A DNA stretch of 64,000 nt from contig OZ024741.1 in the NCBI GenBank assembly GCA_964016885.1, positions 412,858,001 to 412,922,000 of the forward strand, given 5' to 3'. Shown piece after piece: positions 36,929 through 50,310 of this stretch. The notes beneath the pieces are model-generated. The model saw nothing but the letters and a program-made list of their open reading frames with translations, was not told where the DNA came from and searched no databases. The stretch's first letter is position 1. Each line of letters opens with the position of its first letter. The translations under genes and the position numbers were made by a program. Origin of the DNA: Eledone cirrhosa. Lineage: Eukaryota.

Positions 36929-36959
<31 letters not shown>

Positions 36960-36990
36960 GTATATATATGTATATATATATATGTATATA

Positions 36991-39900
36991 TCATCATCAT
37001 CATCATCATCATCATCAACGTTTAACGTCCGTGTTCCACGCTTGCATGGGTTTGGACGGGGGTTTTCCCACTTGAGGCAAGAGTGATTGTCTTGCTCGCA
37101 TAGGACTGTCTGGCAGGTTTTCTACAGTTGGATGCCCTTCCTAACACCAACCACATTTACAGTGTGGGTCTGGGAGGTTTTTACCGTGTTGCCTACACGG
37201 CCACATTACAGCGTGGACTGTTTGTTTTTTTGTCGTGACACCTACACGATCTCATTTGTTTCGGCCTGGATGGTGTGGCACCAACATAACTTTACATAGA
37301 AGGGGGCGGTGTGGATGGGGTGGGACGGGGGTGTGTTTTGTTAGAGATGCCTACTGACTGTAGTAGGTTTTACTATGTATTTAGGTAAGGCGGGTCTTCT
37401 CTATTACTGAGTACCGCCAAAGGTCTCGGTCCAGTGACATTGTCTTGGAGAGGTGTAAGTGTGTGAGGTCGGAGTTTATCAGCTCGTCCCAGGTTTTTCT
37501 AGGTCTGCCTATTCCGTGGCTACCGTCTATCTTTATTGCCCTGCACTTTGTTATACAGCTGTCGTCTTTCATGCGCATCACGTGTCCATACCAACGTAGC
37601 CTTCTCTCGAGTAAACAACATCTGATCCCTCTTATTTCTAATTTTTTCCTTAGTTCGTTTATGCTTTGCCGTTCACGTATATTACTATTACACATCCAGC
37701 GGAGCATGCAAGCTTCGTTCCTCTCTAGTCTGCATATATCCTCTGCACACAATGCCCAGGTCTCACTGCCATGCAACATTGCTGTTCGTATGCAGGCATC
37801 ATACAACCTGCCTTTCATTTTTAGGGAGAACCCTTTAGCGGCTAATAGTGGTATAAGCTCTCTGAACTTTTTCCATCCAGTTCTGACTCTAGCTACTGTA
37901 CTTTCAGAGCACCCTCCCCCACTGCTAATTTTGTCACCCAGGTAACGGAAGCTGTCCACTATTTCTATAGAGCCCTCTGTGCAGTTGAAAGAGCTAGTAT
38001 TTTGTGGGCACTTGCTGCTACTTATTGCACCTGAGCACCGGCCACATGTGAAATCAATGTTCTTAGTTAGCTTACCTGTGATCCTACTACATCTTTTATG
38101 CACCCATACTTTGCATTTGGGACACAAAATGGAGTTTCTACCTACGCCTTTCCTACACACTGAGCATGGCCACTTCCCGGAAGGGACCGCCGCCTTATTT
38201 TCTTTCCTAAAAACTAGAACTTTGGTCTTAGCCAGGTTAATTTTAAGGCTTTTGATTCTAGGCCGTGCTTCCATGTTTGGAATTTCTTCTCTAGCTCGGC
38301 CATTGATTCAGCTATGAGTGTTAGGTCGTCTGCGTATAGGAGTTCCCATGGGCAGCCGGTCTTGAACTCCTCTGTTATAGCCTGAAGGGCAATAATAAAT
38401 AGTAGGGGGCTGAGAAGAGAGCGCTGATGGACGCCAACTTTTACGCTAAACTCTTCACTATATTCGTTGTTAATTCTAACCTTGCTGACTGTTTCTTTAT
38501 ACATGGCTTGTATAGCTCTCACAAGCCATTCGTCGACACCTAGTTTTCTAAGAGCCCACCAGATAATGGAGCGGGGGACTCTGTCGAAGGCTTTCTCCAA
38601 GTCAACAAAAGCTAAGTATACGGGTTTACTTTTAGCTAAGTACTTCTCCTGTAGTTGTCGTACAATGAAAAGAACGTCTGTGGTACTTTTGCCTGACACA
38701 AACCCGAACTGCATTTCATCTAGATCAATTCTCTCTCTGATTAGTTGCGCTATTACTTTTTCCGTGATTTTCATGACCTGGTCGATTAATTTAATGCCTC
38801 TATAGTTACACCTATCTAGGGCATCTCCTTTACCCTTGTAACAGTTAATGATGATGCTGCTACGCCAGTCCTTTGGAACAACCCCATTCTGTATGACTTG
38901 GTTTACTATCCGGGAGACCATAGTGTGTCCTACCGTTCCAGAGGCTTTCAGCATCTCAGCAACTATTTCCGAAGGCCCAGCCGCCTTACCCGCCTTCATA
39001 TCTTTGATTGCCTTACTTATTATACTACCTTCGACTAACACTGCTGGTCCCTCTATTGGGTCGATGTGGGGGAGACTGTCTTTCTCCCATTTATTCTCCT
39101 CATTTAGAAGCCTTTCGTAGTGACTCTTCCATGCTACCTTCTTATCAGCGTCTGTGATGGCAAGTACGCCTTCATCATTAAGTACACACTTCTCCCTGAC
39201 AATATCACGGTTTCCCTCGACACATTGCCTAGCAATCCTGAACACCTCACGTTTTTGGTCCTCGCGTTGTAGAACATGCTTGAACTTTCTTTCCTCTGCT
39301 TCCCTTCTTGCGAAGTACACTTGTCTCCTAGCTTCCCTCCTGGCCACTTGATAGTCTTCTCTACTTCCCCCATCCCGCCATACTTTCCAAGCCTGCTTTT
39401 TGGCCTTAATTGACCCCTCCACCTTACTGTTCCACCACCATGTTACTCTCCTCCTGCCTACAGGCCTGCTCCAGCCACAGACTTCGTCTGCCGCCATCAA
39501 CAGGTTTGCTTTCAGGAATTCCCACTGTTCCTCTATATTATACGACTCTAATTGCTCTTCCTTACTGTCGAAAGCATCAAGTAATATGCTTTTAAATTTA
39601 TTACTGGCTGTGGGATCCTTTAGCTTCCATATTTTTCTACTGAGGATAGTCCTCTTCAGTTGTCTAGTACGTCTCGTCCTGACTATTAGGTCGCTAATTA
39701 TCAGTCTATGTTGGGAGGTGCATTCTTCATGGGGGAGGGATTTAGTGTTAACAACAGACACTCTGTCATGTCTTCTGGTAAGGATATAATCTACCTGGCT
39801 TGTGTGTTCCCCCGATCTATAGGTGATCAAGTGATTGTCTCGTTTTTTGAAGTTAGTGTTACAGATAGTTAGGTTATTTGCGTCACAGAATTCCAGGATT

Positions 39901-40498
39901 CTGGAGCCTTCCTCATTTCTAGTACCGAACCCATAGCCTCCATGGATTCCGTCATAGCCGTCACAATGTTGTCCAACGTGACCGTTTAGGTCGCCTGCAA
40001 TAATTATATAGTCACTGTCGGTTATTTGGGAGGTAGCGAGCATCAGTGTCTCATAGAATCTGTCTTTTATAGCGCCGGGCAGTCCGGATTGGGGTGCGTA
40101 CGCAGATATTACTGTCACCGTAGTTCTATTGAGGACAAGTCTTATTTTAATTATTCTGTCGTTCACTCTATTTACGTCTATTATCTTATCTGCCCACTTT
40201 TCTGCTACCATGATTCCTACTCCACCCAGCCCATCGTCATTTCCCACCCAGAAAAGCTTATAGCATCGTTTTTTACCCACGATGAATCTAGCCTCCCCTC
40301 CCCTCCACCTGGTCTCTTGAATACAACAAACATCGACCTCCTTACGTTCGAGCATTTCTACAACCTCGTTAGAGCGACCCTTTAAGGTGCCTACATTCAA
40401 GGTACCAACTCTGAAGTTTTGGAATGCGTTTGGAGGGTGGGGACGGTGGGGAGCGGGGGGAGATGGGGTTGCGTTAGCCATCCGCGGCCGAAACAAAG
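36991..40498 (-). mobile_element. Near-intact RTE LINE (APE + RT with PHD-like finger), coding 40481-37381, single 1-nt deletion at ~38249
   Basis: MANATPSPP...[49 protein letters not shown]. Sibling copies read AAA GGC CTT where this copy reads AAA GCC TT. (GAT)n tail. Confidence 0.95.
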
Positions 40499-40510
40499 TA
40501 TATATATATA

Positions 40511-40678
40511 TCCACACTGTAAACGTGGTTGGTGTTAGAAAGGGCATCCAGCCATAGAAAACCTGCCAGACAGTCCTATACGAGCAGGACAACCAATCTT
40601 GCCTCAAGTGGGAAAACTCCCGTCCAAACCCATGCAAGCGTGGAAGATGGACGTTAAACGATGATGATGATGATGATG
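40511..40678 (+). mobile_element. RTE/SINE 3' tail fragment
   Basis: Homologous to the RTE 3' UTR; ends (GAT)n. Confidence 0.8.
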
Positions 40679-40806
40679 TATATATATATATATATGTATA
40701 TATATGTATATATATATATATGCATATATATATGCATATATATATATGTATATATATATATATGCATATATATATGCATATATATATATATGTATATATA
40801 TATATG

Positions 40807-40857
<51 letters not shown>

Positions 40858-40878
40858 GTATATATATATATACATATG

Positions 40879-40909
<31 letters not shown>

Positions 40910-40972
40910 GTATATATATATGTATACATATATATATATGTATATATATATGTATATATATATATACATATG

Positions 40973-41025
<53 letters not shown>

Positions 41026-41046
41026 GTATATATATATATACATATG

Positions 41047-41077
<31 letters not shown>

Positions 41078-41236
41078 GTATATATATATATGTATACATA
41101 TATATATATGTATATATATATATATGTATATATATATATACATATGTATATATATATATGTATATATATATATATGTATATATATATGTATACGTATATA
41201 TATATGTATATATATATATATATATGTATATATATG

Positions 41237-41300
<64 letters not shown>
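40678..41300. repeat. (TA)n/(TATG)-rich microsatellite
   Basis: Visible directly in the sequence. Confidence 0.95.
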
Positions 41301-41302
<2 letters not shown>

Positions 41303-42370
41303 CGTTGACGAATGGCTTGTGAGAGCTATACAAGCCATGTATAAAGAAAGTCAGCAAGGTTAGAATTAACAACGAATATAGTGAAGAGTTTAGCGTAAAA
41401 GTTGGCGTCCATCAGGGCTCTCTTCTCAGCCCCCTACTATTTATTATTGCCCTTCAGGCTATAACAGAGGAGTTCAAGACCGGCTGCCCATGGGAACTCC
41501 TATACGCAGACGACCTGACACTCATAGCGGAATCAATGGCCGAGCTAGAGAAGAAATTCCAAATATGGAAGCACGGCCTAGAATCAAAAGGCCTTAAAAT
41601 TAACCTGGCTAAGACTAAAGTTCTAGTTTGTAGGAAAGAAAATAAGGCGGCGGTCCCTTCTGGGAAATGGTCGTGCTCGGTGTGTAGGAAAGGCGTAGGT
41701 AGAAACTCCATTTTATGTCCTAAATGCAAAGCATGGGTGCATAAAAGATGTAGTGGGATCACAGGTAAGCTAACTAAGAACATACATTTTACATGTGGCC
41801 GGTGCTCTGGTGCAATATGTAGGAGCAAGTGCCCACAAAATACTAGCTCTTTCAATTACGCAGAGGGTTCTATAGAAATAGTGGACAGTTTCCGTTACCT
41901 GGGTGATAAAATCAGCAGTGGGGGAGGGTGCTCTGAAAGTACAGTAGCTAGAGTCAGAACTGGTTGGAAAAAGTTCAGAGAGCTTATACCACTATTAGCT
42001 GCTAAAGGGTTCTCACTAAAAATGTCCCCGTCCCACCACCCCCAACCCATCCACACCACCCCGTTCTATGTAAAGTTATGTTGGTGCCACACCATCCAGG
42101 CCGAAACAAATGAGATCGTGTAGGTGTCACGACAAAAAAACAAACAGTCCACGCTGTAATGTGGCCGTGTAGGCAACACGGTAAAAACCTCCCAGACCCA
42201 CACTGTAAATGTGGTTGGTGTTAGGAAGGGCATCCAACTGTAGAAAACCTGCCAGACAGTCCTATGCGAGCAAGACAATCACTCTTGCCTCAAGTGGGAC
42301 TACCCCCGTCCAAACCCATGCAAGCGTGGAACACGGACGTTAAACGGTGATGATGATGATGATGATGATG
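41301..42370 (+). mobile_element. RTE 3' fragment with internal deletion at ~42024
   Basis: [11 protein letters not shown]...YADD...KGFSLKM joined directly to the 3' UTR (ccccgtccca). Confidence 0.9.
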
Positions 42371-42449
42371 CATGTATATATCGGGGGGGGGGCAGGGAAA
42401 TAACATTTTAGATAAAAATAAATTAATGTATAGAGTACATCCAGTTGAC

Positions 42450-43255
42450 CTCCACCACCACCACTACCACCATCACCACCACTACCACCATCACCACTAC
42501 CACCTCCACCACTACCACCTCCACTACCACCACCACCACCATCACCACCACTACCATCTCCACCACCATCACCACCTTCACTACCACCACCTCCACCACT
42601 ATCACCACCTTCACTACCACCACCTCCACCACTATCACCACCTTCACCACCACCATCACTATTACCACCTTCACTACCACCACCTCCACCACTATCACCA
42701 CCTTCACCATCACTACCTACATACCATTACTATAATCATCATCGTAATTTCTACCACTACCATCATTATAATCACTGCAAAGGTATGCTACCATCACCAT
42801 AATCATTAACATCACTAATACCTTTATCACCACCACCACCACCACCACTAACAACAGCAGCAACACTACAGTCACTGGCAGGTACACTACCACCACCACC
42901 ACCCTTATCAGCACCAGGTATGTTCCTATTATCACAACCATTGCCACCACTATCACCACCTCTATCTTACCACATACCACCACCAGCACTGCCAACACCA
43001 CCTACCATCACCAGCACCAGCACCAGCATCACAACAACCAACACCACCAACCATCAACACCACCACCGCCACAACTACAACTATCACTTAATATTGTACT
43101 CTAATCATTAACAATAACCATCAGCTACCACCACCACCACCATCACCTACCACTACCACCACCACCACTACCACCACCACCACCATCACCTACCATCATC
43201 ATCACCACCATCACTACCACCACCATCAGCAGCAGCACTACCAATATCACCATGA
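42450..43255. repeat. (CAC/CAT)n low-complexity tract
   Basis: Visible directly in the sequence. Confidence 0.9.
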
Positions 43256-43809
43256 CTGCATCATCTTCTTTCACTATCACTGTAATAACAACAATAATGA
43301 TAACGATATATATTAGAGAGAGAGAGAAAGAAGGAGAGAGACAGGGAACGAGAAGAGGGGGGGGGGGTAAAAAGAGACAAGGAGAGAGGGTGAAAGATGG
43401 AGAGAGAGAGAGAGGGGGATAGATAGGTTAGAAGTAGCAAATTTAGTATGTGTGTGTATATATATACATACACACGCACACATATATATATATATATATA
43501 TATATAAATGTATTATAGATACAAATATTTATATATAAATACTCACACACGTACACACACGCATATATATATATATATATATGTGTGTGTATATAGTGTG
43601 TGTGTGTATAATAATTTGTCGGCTGCAAATGAAAGAAGAAAAAATGATAATAATAAGAAGAAAAGAAATAAAGCAGCATCCATCGTCGCTGGCAGGTTTT
43701 TAGTAAACCAGACTGTGATCCCGTTAGTGGGAGAGAGTTGTTGGTTGTTGGAGAGTCACCGAGCTATGATGGGGTTATTTCCCCTCAACATCAGATGCTT
43801 TACATAGCA

Positions 43810-44250
43810 ACCAGCCCCGGCCCTAACAACAACTCTGGTCCAACACTAGCCCCTACCTAACAGCAACACCGGTCTAACAACAACCCCAGTCGAGCAACTC
43901 CCGGTCTAACAACCCCAGTCCAGTAACACCCTAAAAACAACCTTAGCCCAGTAATCCCCTGTCTAACAACAACCCTAGCCTAAAAACCACCCAAGTATAG
44001 AAACACACGGTCTAACAACAACATAAGCCCAGAAGTTCCCAGTCTAACAACAACCCAGTCCAAGTCGTAACCCGTGGCCAGACAGCAGCCCCGACTAGTA
44101 GTAACCCTGGCCAGACAACAGCCCCGACCCAGTAGTAACCCCTGGCCAAACAGCCCCGACCCAGTAGTAACCCCTGGCCAAACCGCCCCGACCCAGTAGT
44201 AACCCCTGGCCAAACAGCCCCGACCCAGTAGTAACCCCTGGCCAAACAGC
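43810..44250. repeat. Degenerate repeats grading into a 32-bp minisatellite (cagccccgacccagtagtaacccctggccaaa)
   Basis: Units at 44151, 44183 and 44215. Confidence 0.85.
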
Positions 44251-44714
44251 AACCAGCCAGGAGGACACGGCGGCAGAAGACAGGACAGCTGAGTTACTCA
44301 GTATTTTTACTTAGGACATCACAACAACATCACGGTAAGAGAGTTACTTTTTCAAAAACAAACACACATATATGTATATATACACTGTATATATACAATA
44401 AATATGTATATATATTTCCTCCTCATACTTCTCCTCGCCTTTGTTTTCTTCATCTTCTCTTACTACGCCTACACCTTTTACCATCACCACTTACCCCCTC
44501 ACTATACCATACTATACTAAACTATGCTATATAAAGAAGCCCGTTGTTTGTTATACATATATCTACCTGTGAGTGTGTATGCATAATGTATAGATATCAA
44601 CACCAACACACATACATATATATTTAAAAGATAAATTCCTTATAGATAGAGATAAACAAATTGATAGACAGCGAGAGAAATAGATATGTAGATAGATAGA
44701 TAGGTAGATGATTA

Positions 44715-44885
44715 TGTATACGTGTGTTTACGTTTGTGCATGTCTGTGTTTATGTCCCATAAACTAGTGGTTCGGCAAAAAGAGATCGATAAAATAAGTC
44801 CTGCTGTCGACGTGATTGAATTTAGAAGGGTACCCTAGCCTGGTCAACTCTCTAATGACCGAAGACAGCAATAATAATAATAAAA
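44715..44885 (+). mobile_element. Degenerate remnant of a third SINE family
   Basis: ggttcggcaaaaagagatcgataaaataagt...ggtcaac...atgaccgaag with an (AAT)n tail. Confidence 0.5.
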
Positions 44886-45529
44886 GACTTATACGTTCGC
44901 GCGCGCGTCTGTATCGGAAGCTGCCGAAGTTGTGATGATCCCGCACTGTAAGTTGTATGGAGAATATATATATATATATATTGGCAACAGGTAAAAAAAA
45001 GAAACCCAACTCCGCGGTCCTGCACCATCTAAAATGTCCGACTCTGGTCATTTTGCCCGGAGTCAAGTGTCCCCCATCCAGTTGCCCCCTAGCCAGGTGC
45101 CCATAGTCAAGTGCCCCCCAGCCAGGTACTCAGAGTCAGGTGACCCCTCCATCAGTTCAGTTACCCCCTCCCCAGTCAGGTGCCAGGAGTCGGTGTCCAG
45201 CAAGGTAGCCAAACTTTGTAACGGGGTATTTTGTTGTTTTTTGTCTATTTATTTGGCAATGTCAAAACAATTTTATTCACAGAAATAACAAAAAGAAAAT
45301 GTTTATAATTCTCACAGGATGCAAATATGTTAAATATAAACACATAATATAAATACATATATAATAAATACATACAGTATATAATATATAATCATATAAA
45401 ATAAATACAATTAATATAGTTTATAAGACAAAAACGAAACAGAACTTACGTGAAATATAATTCAGGCTAGTGTGTGTGTGTGTATAAATATATATATATA
45501 TATATATATACGCACACACACACACACAC

Positions 45530-45595
<66 letters not shown>

Positions 45596-45807
45596 GTGTG
45601 TGTGTGCGTATGTGTATGTATATATATATGCGTATATATATATATATATATATCCAGGGAGTGTAACTTGGAGTTACTGTAAGTTCACCCGGGTGAGCAC
45701 TCGATGTTTAGGTTCACTTCAGTGTCGAGATGTAGAGCTAGACAGAGTGTATTATAGTAAAAAGATAACAAGGACGATTGGTTACTCCTTCATTACATTT
45801 ATTGGTT

Positions 45808-45894
45808 GGTGACGCGCGTTTCGCCACTGATCAGCTCATGGTTCGATCTGTATCGATCTTACCTGATTCTGTAATCTGCGGCTCGTCGGACTCC
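45808..45894 (-). ncRNA. HHR-like motif with CCGACGA core and 60-nt stem II
   Basis: gt-CCGACGA-gccgc...gtggc-GAAA-cgcgcg-TC-ac. Palindromic stem III; weak stem I. Confidence 0.5.
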
Positions 45895-45912
45895 TTGTAG
45901 TGCTAGTAGAAA

Positions 45913-45962
<50 letters not shown>

Positions 45963-46136
45963 TACGTGGTTGACGCTGAGAGAAAAGAATACTCAATACC
46001 GAAGTAGAGTTTTAATATTCAACGTCATTGAGGCTAAAAAGTGAGCCTTGTTACTCTGGAGTTCACCAGGACCAGGCAAGAACGGCTCTGCTTCTTCTTT
46101 GATGACATTGTTTATATACACACGGCTAACGCACTG

Positions 46137-46213
<77 letters not shown>

Positions 46214-46239
46214 AGTGAAGAGTGCTCTATGTAGGTTTA

Positions 46240-46330
46240 TTAAACTTTGCCTTTCATCCTTACGGGGTCGATAAAATAAAGTACCAGTAATAGACTGGAT
46301 AATTGCTGACCTTGTGCCAAAAGTAGAAAC

Positions 46331-46336
<6 letters not shown>
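46240..46336 (+). mobile_element. 3' fragment of Nin-like SINE
   Basis: gcctttcatccttacggggtcgataaaataaagtaccag. Confidence 0.8.
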
Positions 46337-46364
<28 letters not shown>

Positions 46365-46372
46365 ATAATAAT

Positions 46373-46540
46373 AAATTTGAAGACTAAAATCCAAAGAGGG
46401 CTCGATAAGGATAAATATATAAGAACCGTAGAGCAAATATTTATTAAAATAACAGATTAAAGTTTAAGTTTCAGAAGATCCCATTAAGGGTGAAAGCAGC
46501 GATTCTTTGCTTAAACTTTAATCTGTTATTTTAATAAATA
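46373..46540. mobile_element. Tiny PLE-like inverted-repeat insertion with degenerate HHR (46466-46518, +)
   Basis: 31-bp perfect arms 46438-46468/46510-46540; aagttt-CAGAAGA-tccc-attaa-gggt-GAAA-gca...tgc-TT-aaactt. Confidence 0.55.
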
Positions 46541-46550
46541 TATATATATA

Positions 46551-47114
46551 TATAAGTATGTATACGTACATACATATATGTATATAGACGTACAGTAGTA
46601 TGTATATATATATACATACATGCACACATATATACATGTACATATGGATTCACTGAACATTTATTATAATGCTTGACGATGTACTAGTTTCAAGCTTATT
46701 AGCTATCGTCAGCACCGTATACCTTCCTGCCAGATGATTGAACGTTCCTTATGCATATTAACGGCTGAGCAGCCTAATTTGCATATCGAGTGAGTTAATC
46801 GGCCGGGCGCACCGAAAACGATAAACGGAAAAAATGAAACGAAATTTCATTTCGCACTCTTAGTACGGCTGTTACTTAAATATAAGCAAGTATACGTACA
46901 TACATATATGTATACAGACGTACAGTAGTATGTATATATATATACATACATGCACTCATATGTACATGTACGTATGGATTCACCGAACATTTATTATAAT
47001 GCTCGGTGTGTTTGTAAACAAACAAACATCCCGAATTAAGCCGTACAGTGTCTAGCAACTATCGTTGCTCATGTGTTCAACACCGACAAAGGAACGCTGT
47101 ACTAGTTTCAAGCT
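46551..47114 (-). mobile_element. Second copy of the retrozyme-like tandem element (period 418)
   Basis: Homologous to 8903-9635; tactagtttcaagct at 46682 and 47100. Confidence 0.8.
46676..46718 (-). ncRNA. Minimal type I hammerhead ribozyme
   Basis: acggtg-CTGACGA-tagctaataagctt-GAAA-CTAG-TA-catcgt, with fully paired stem I. Confidence 0.85.
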
Positions 47115-47200
47115 GGTGGTTGTTTAGCTCCATTCAGCTTTCATCAAGCATATCTGTTACAATAAATAAAAAGAAAGGAGCTGACCATCAGACCCAGGAA

Positions 47201-49500
47201 ACAATGTTTTCATTGGTCTTTCTATTCTTGATACTATCTGACCAGACCAAGAATACAATGTTTCTATTGGTCTTTCTATTGTTGATACTATCTGACCAGA
47301 CCAAGAATACAATGTTTCCATTGGTCTTTCTATTGTTGATACTATCTGACCAGACCAAGAATACAATGTTTCTATTGGTCTTTCTATTGTTGATACTATC
47401 TGACCAGACCAAGAATACAATGTTTCCATTGGGCTTTCTATTGTTGATACTATCTGACCAGACCAAGAATACAATATTTCCATTGGTCTTTCTATTGTTG
47501 ATACTATCTGACCAGACCAAGAATACAATGTTTCTATTGGTCTTTCCATTACTGATACTATCTGACCAGACCAAGAATACAATGTTTCTATTGGTCTTTC
47601 CATTACTGATACTATCTGACCAGACCAAGAATACAATGTTTCTATTGGTCTTTCCATTACTGATACTATCTGATCAGACCAAGAATACAATGTTTCTATT
47701 GGTCTTTCTATTGTTGATACTATCTGACCAGACCAAGAATACAATGTTTCTATTGGTCTTTCCATTACTGATACTATCTGACCAGACCAAGAATACAATG
47801 TTTCTATTGGTCTTTCCATTACTGATACTATCTGACCAGACCAAGAATACAATGTTTCTATTGGTCTTTCTATTACTGATACTATCTGACCAGATCAAGA
47901 ATACAATGTTTCTATTGGTCTTTCTATTGTTGATACTATCTGACCAGACCAAGAATACAATGTTTCTATTGGTCTTTCCATTACTGATACTATCTGACCA
48001 GACCAAGAATACAATGTTTCTATTGGTCTTTCCATTACTGATACTATCTGACCAGACCAAGAATACAATGTTTCTATTGGTCTTTCTATTGTTGATACTA
48101 TCTGACCAGACCAAGAATACAATGTTTCTATTGGTCTTTCTATTGTTGATACTATCTGACCAGACCAAGAATACAATGTTTCTATTGGTCTTTCTATTGT
48201 TGATACTATCTGACCAGACCAAGAATACAATATTTCTATTGGTCTTTCTATTGTTGATACTATCTGACCAGACCAAGAATACAATGTTTCTATTGGTTTT
48301 TCCATTACTGATACTATCTGACCAGACCAAGAATACAATGTTTCTATTGGTCTTTCTATTGTTGATACTATCTGACCAGACCAATAATACAATGTTTCTA
48401 TTGGTCTTTCTATTGTTGATACTATCTGACCAGACCAAGAATACAATGTTTCTATTGGTCTTTCTATTATTGATACTATCTGACCAGACCAAGAATACAA
48501 TGTTTCCATTGGTCTTTCTATTGTTGATACTATCTGACCAGACCAAGAATACAATGTTTCCATTGGTCTTTCTATTACTGATACTATCTGACCAGACCAA
48601 GAATACAATGTTTCCATTGGTCTTTCTATTGTTGATACTATCTGACCAGACCAAGAATACAATGTTTCTATTGGTCTTTCTATTGTTGATACTATCTGAC
48701 CAGACCAAGAATACAATGTTTCTATTGGTCTTTCTATTACTGATACTATCTGACCAGACCAAGAATACAATGTTTCTATTGGTCTTTCTATTACTGATAC
48801 TATTTGACCAGACCAAGAATACAATGTTTCCATTGGTCTTTCTATTACTGATACTATCTGACCAGACCAAGAATACAATGTTTCTATTGGTCTTTCCATT
48901 ACTGATACTATCTGACCAGACCAAGAATACAATGTTTCTATTGGTCTTTCTATTGTTGATACTATCTGACCAGACCAAGAATACAATGTTTCTATTGGTC
49001 TTTCTATTACTGATACTATCTGACCAGACCAAGAATACAATGTTTCTATTGGTCTTTCCATTACTGATACTATCTGACCAGACCAAGAATACAATGTTTC
49101 TATTGGTCTTTCTATTACTGATACTATCTGACCAGACCAAGAATACAATGTTTCTATTGGTCTTTCTATTACTGATACTATTTGATCAGACCAAGAATAC
49201 AATGTTTCTATTGGTCTTTCTATTGTTGATACTATCTGACCAGACCAAGAATACAATGTTTCTATTGGTCTTTCTATTACTGATACTATCTGACCAGACC
49301 AAGAATACAATGTTTCTATTGGTCTTTCTATTACTGATACTATTTGACCAGACCAAGAATACAATGTTTCTATTGGTCTTTCTATTACTGATACTATCTG
49401 ACCAGACCAAGAGTACAATGTTTCTATTGGTCTTTCTATTGTTGATACTATCTGACCATACTAAGAATACAATGTTTCCATTGGTCTTTCTATTGTTGAT
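47201..49500. repeat. 54-bp minisatellite, ~42 copies
   Basis: (acaatgtttctattggtctttctattgttgatactatctgaccagaccaagaat)n. Confidence 0.97.
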
Positions 49501-50310
49501 GATGGTGGTGTTGTGGTTGTTGGTTATGATAGGGGGTGCAGCTGGAGCTTATGGTAATGGTATAATGTTTAGGATGTGTATATGTGGTGGCAGTGGTTGT
49601 GGTGCTGGTGGTGGCAGTGGTTGTGGTGGTGGTGGTGGTGGTGGTGGCGGTGGTAGTGATGATGGTGGTAGTGGTGGGGGTAGTGGTAGTGGTAGTGATG
49701 GTGGTGGTATGATGATAACAATGTGTTTAAGATACCATAAAGTTGTATAATTCACCAGTTTGTTTGGTGGGGTGGAGAGGGGAGTAGTCAAACTACAACA
49801 ATAAAACTTGGTGGTGATGGTGGCGGGGGGGGTAGTTGTAGTGGTGGTAGTGGTGGTAGAGGTGGTGGTGGTGGCGGTGGTAGTGGATTTGGTGGTGGTG
49901 GTGGTAGTGGAAGTAGTGGTAGTGGTGGTGGTGGTGGTGGTAGTGGAAGTAGTGGTAGTGGTAGTGGTGGTGGTGGTGGTGGTGTGGTGGTGGTGGTCGT
50001 GGTGGTAGTGGAAGTGGTGGTGGTGGTGGTGGTAGTGTAGGTGGTGGTGGTAGTGGTAGTGGAAGTGGTGGTAGTGGAAGTGGTGGTGGTGGTAGTGGTG
50101 GTGTTGGTTGTGGTGGTAGTGGAAGTGGTGGTGGTGGTAGTGATGGTGGTAGTGGTGGCAGTGGTGGTAGTGGTGGTGGTGGTAGTGGAAGTGGTTGTGG
50201 TGGTGGTGGTGGTGGTAGTGGAAGTGGTGGTGGTGGTAGTAGAAGTAGTGGTGGTGGTGGTAGTGGTGGTAGTGGAAGTGGTGGTGGTGGTGGTAGTGGT
50301 GGTGGTGCTG
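49500..50310. repeat. (GGT)n-rich low-complexity tracts
   Basis: Visible directly in the sequence. Confidence 0.9.

Noticed and set aside
40482-41372. N-terminal ~300 aa of the 1052-aa ORF
   Set aside because: (TA)n read-through; RTE coding begins at ATG 40481.
47048-49750. 900-aa hydrophobic repeat ORF
   Set aside because: Read-through of a 54-bp tandem repeat that is open in several frames on both strands, with no unique domain.
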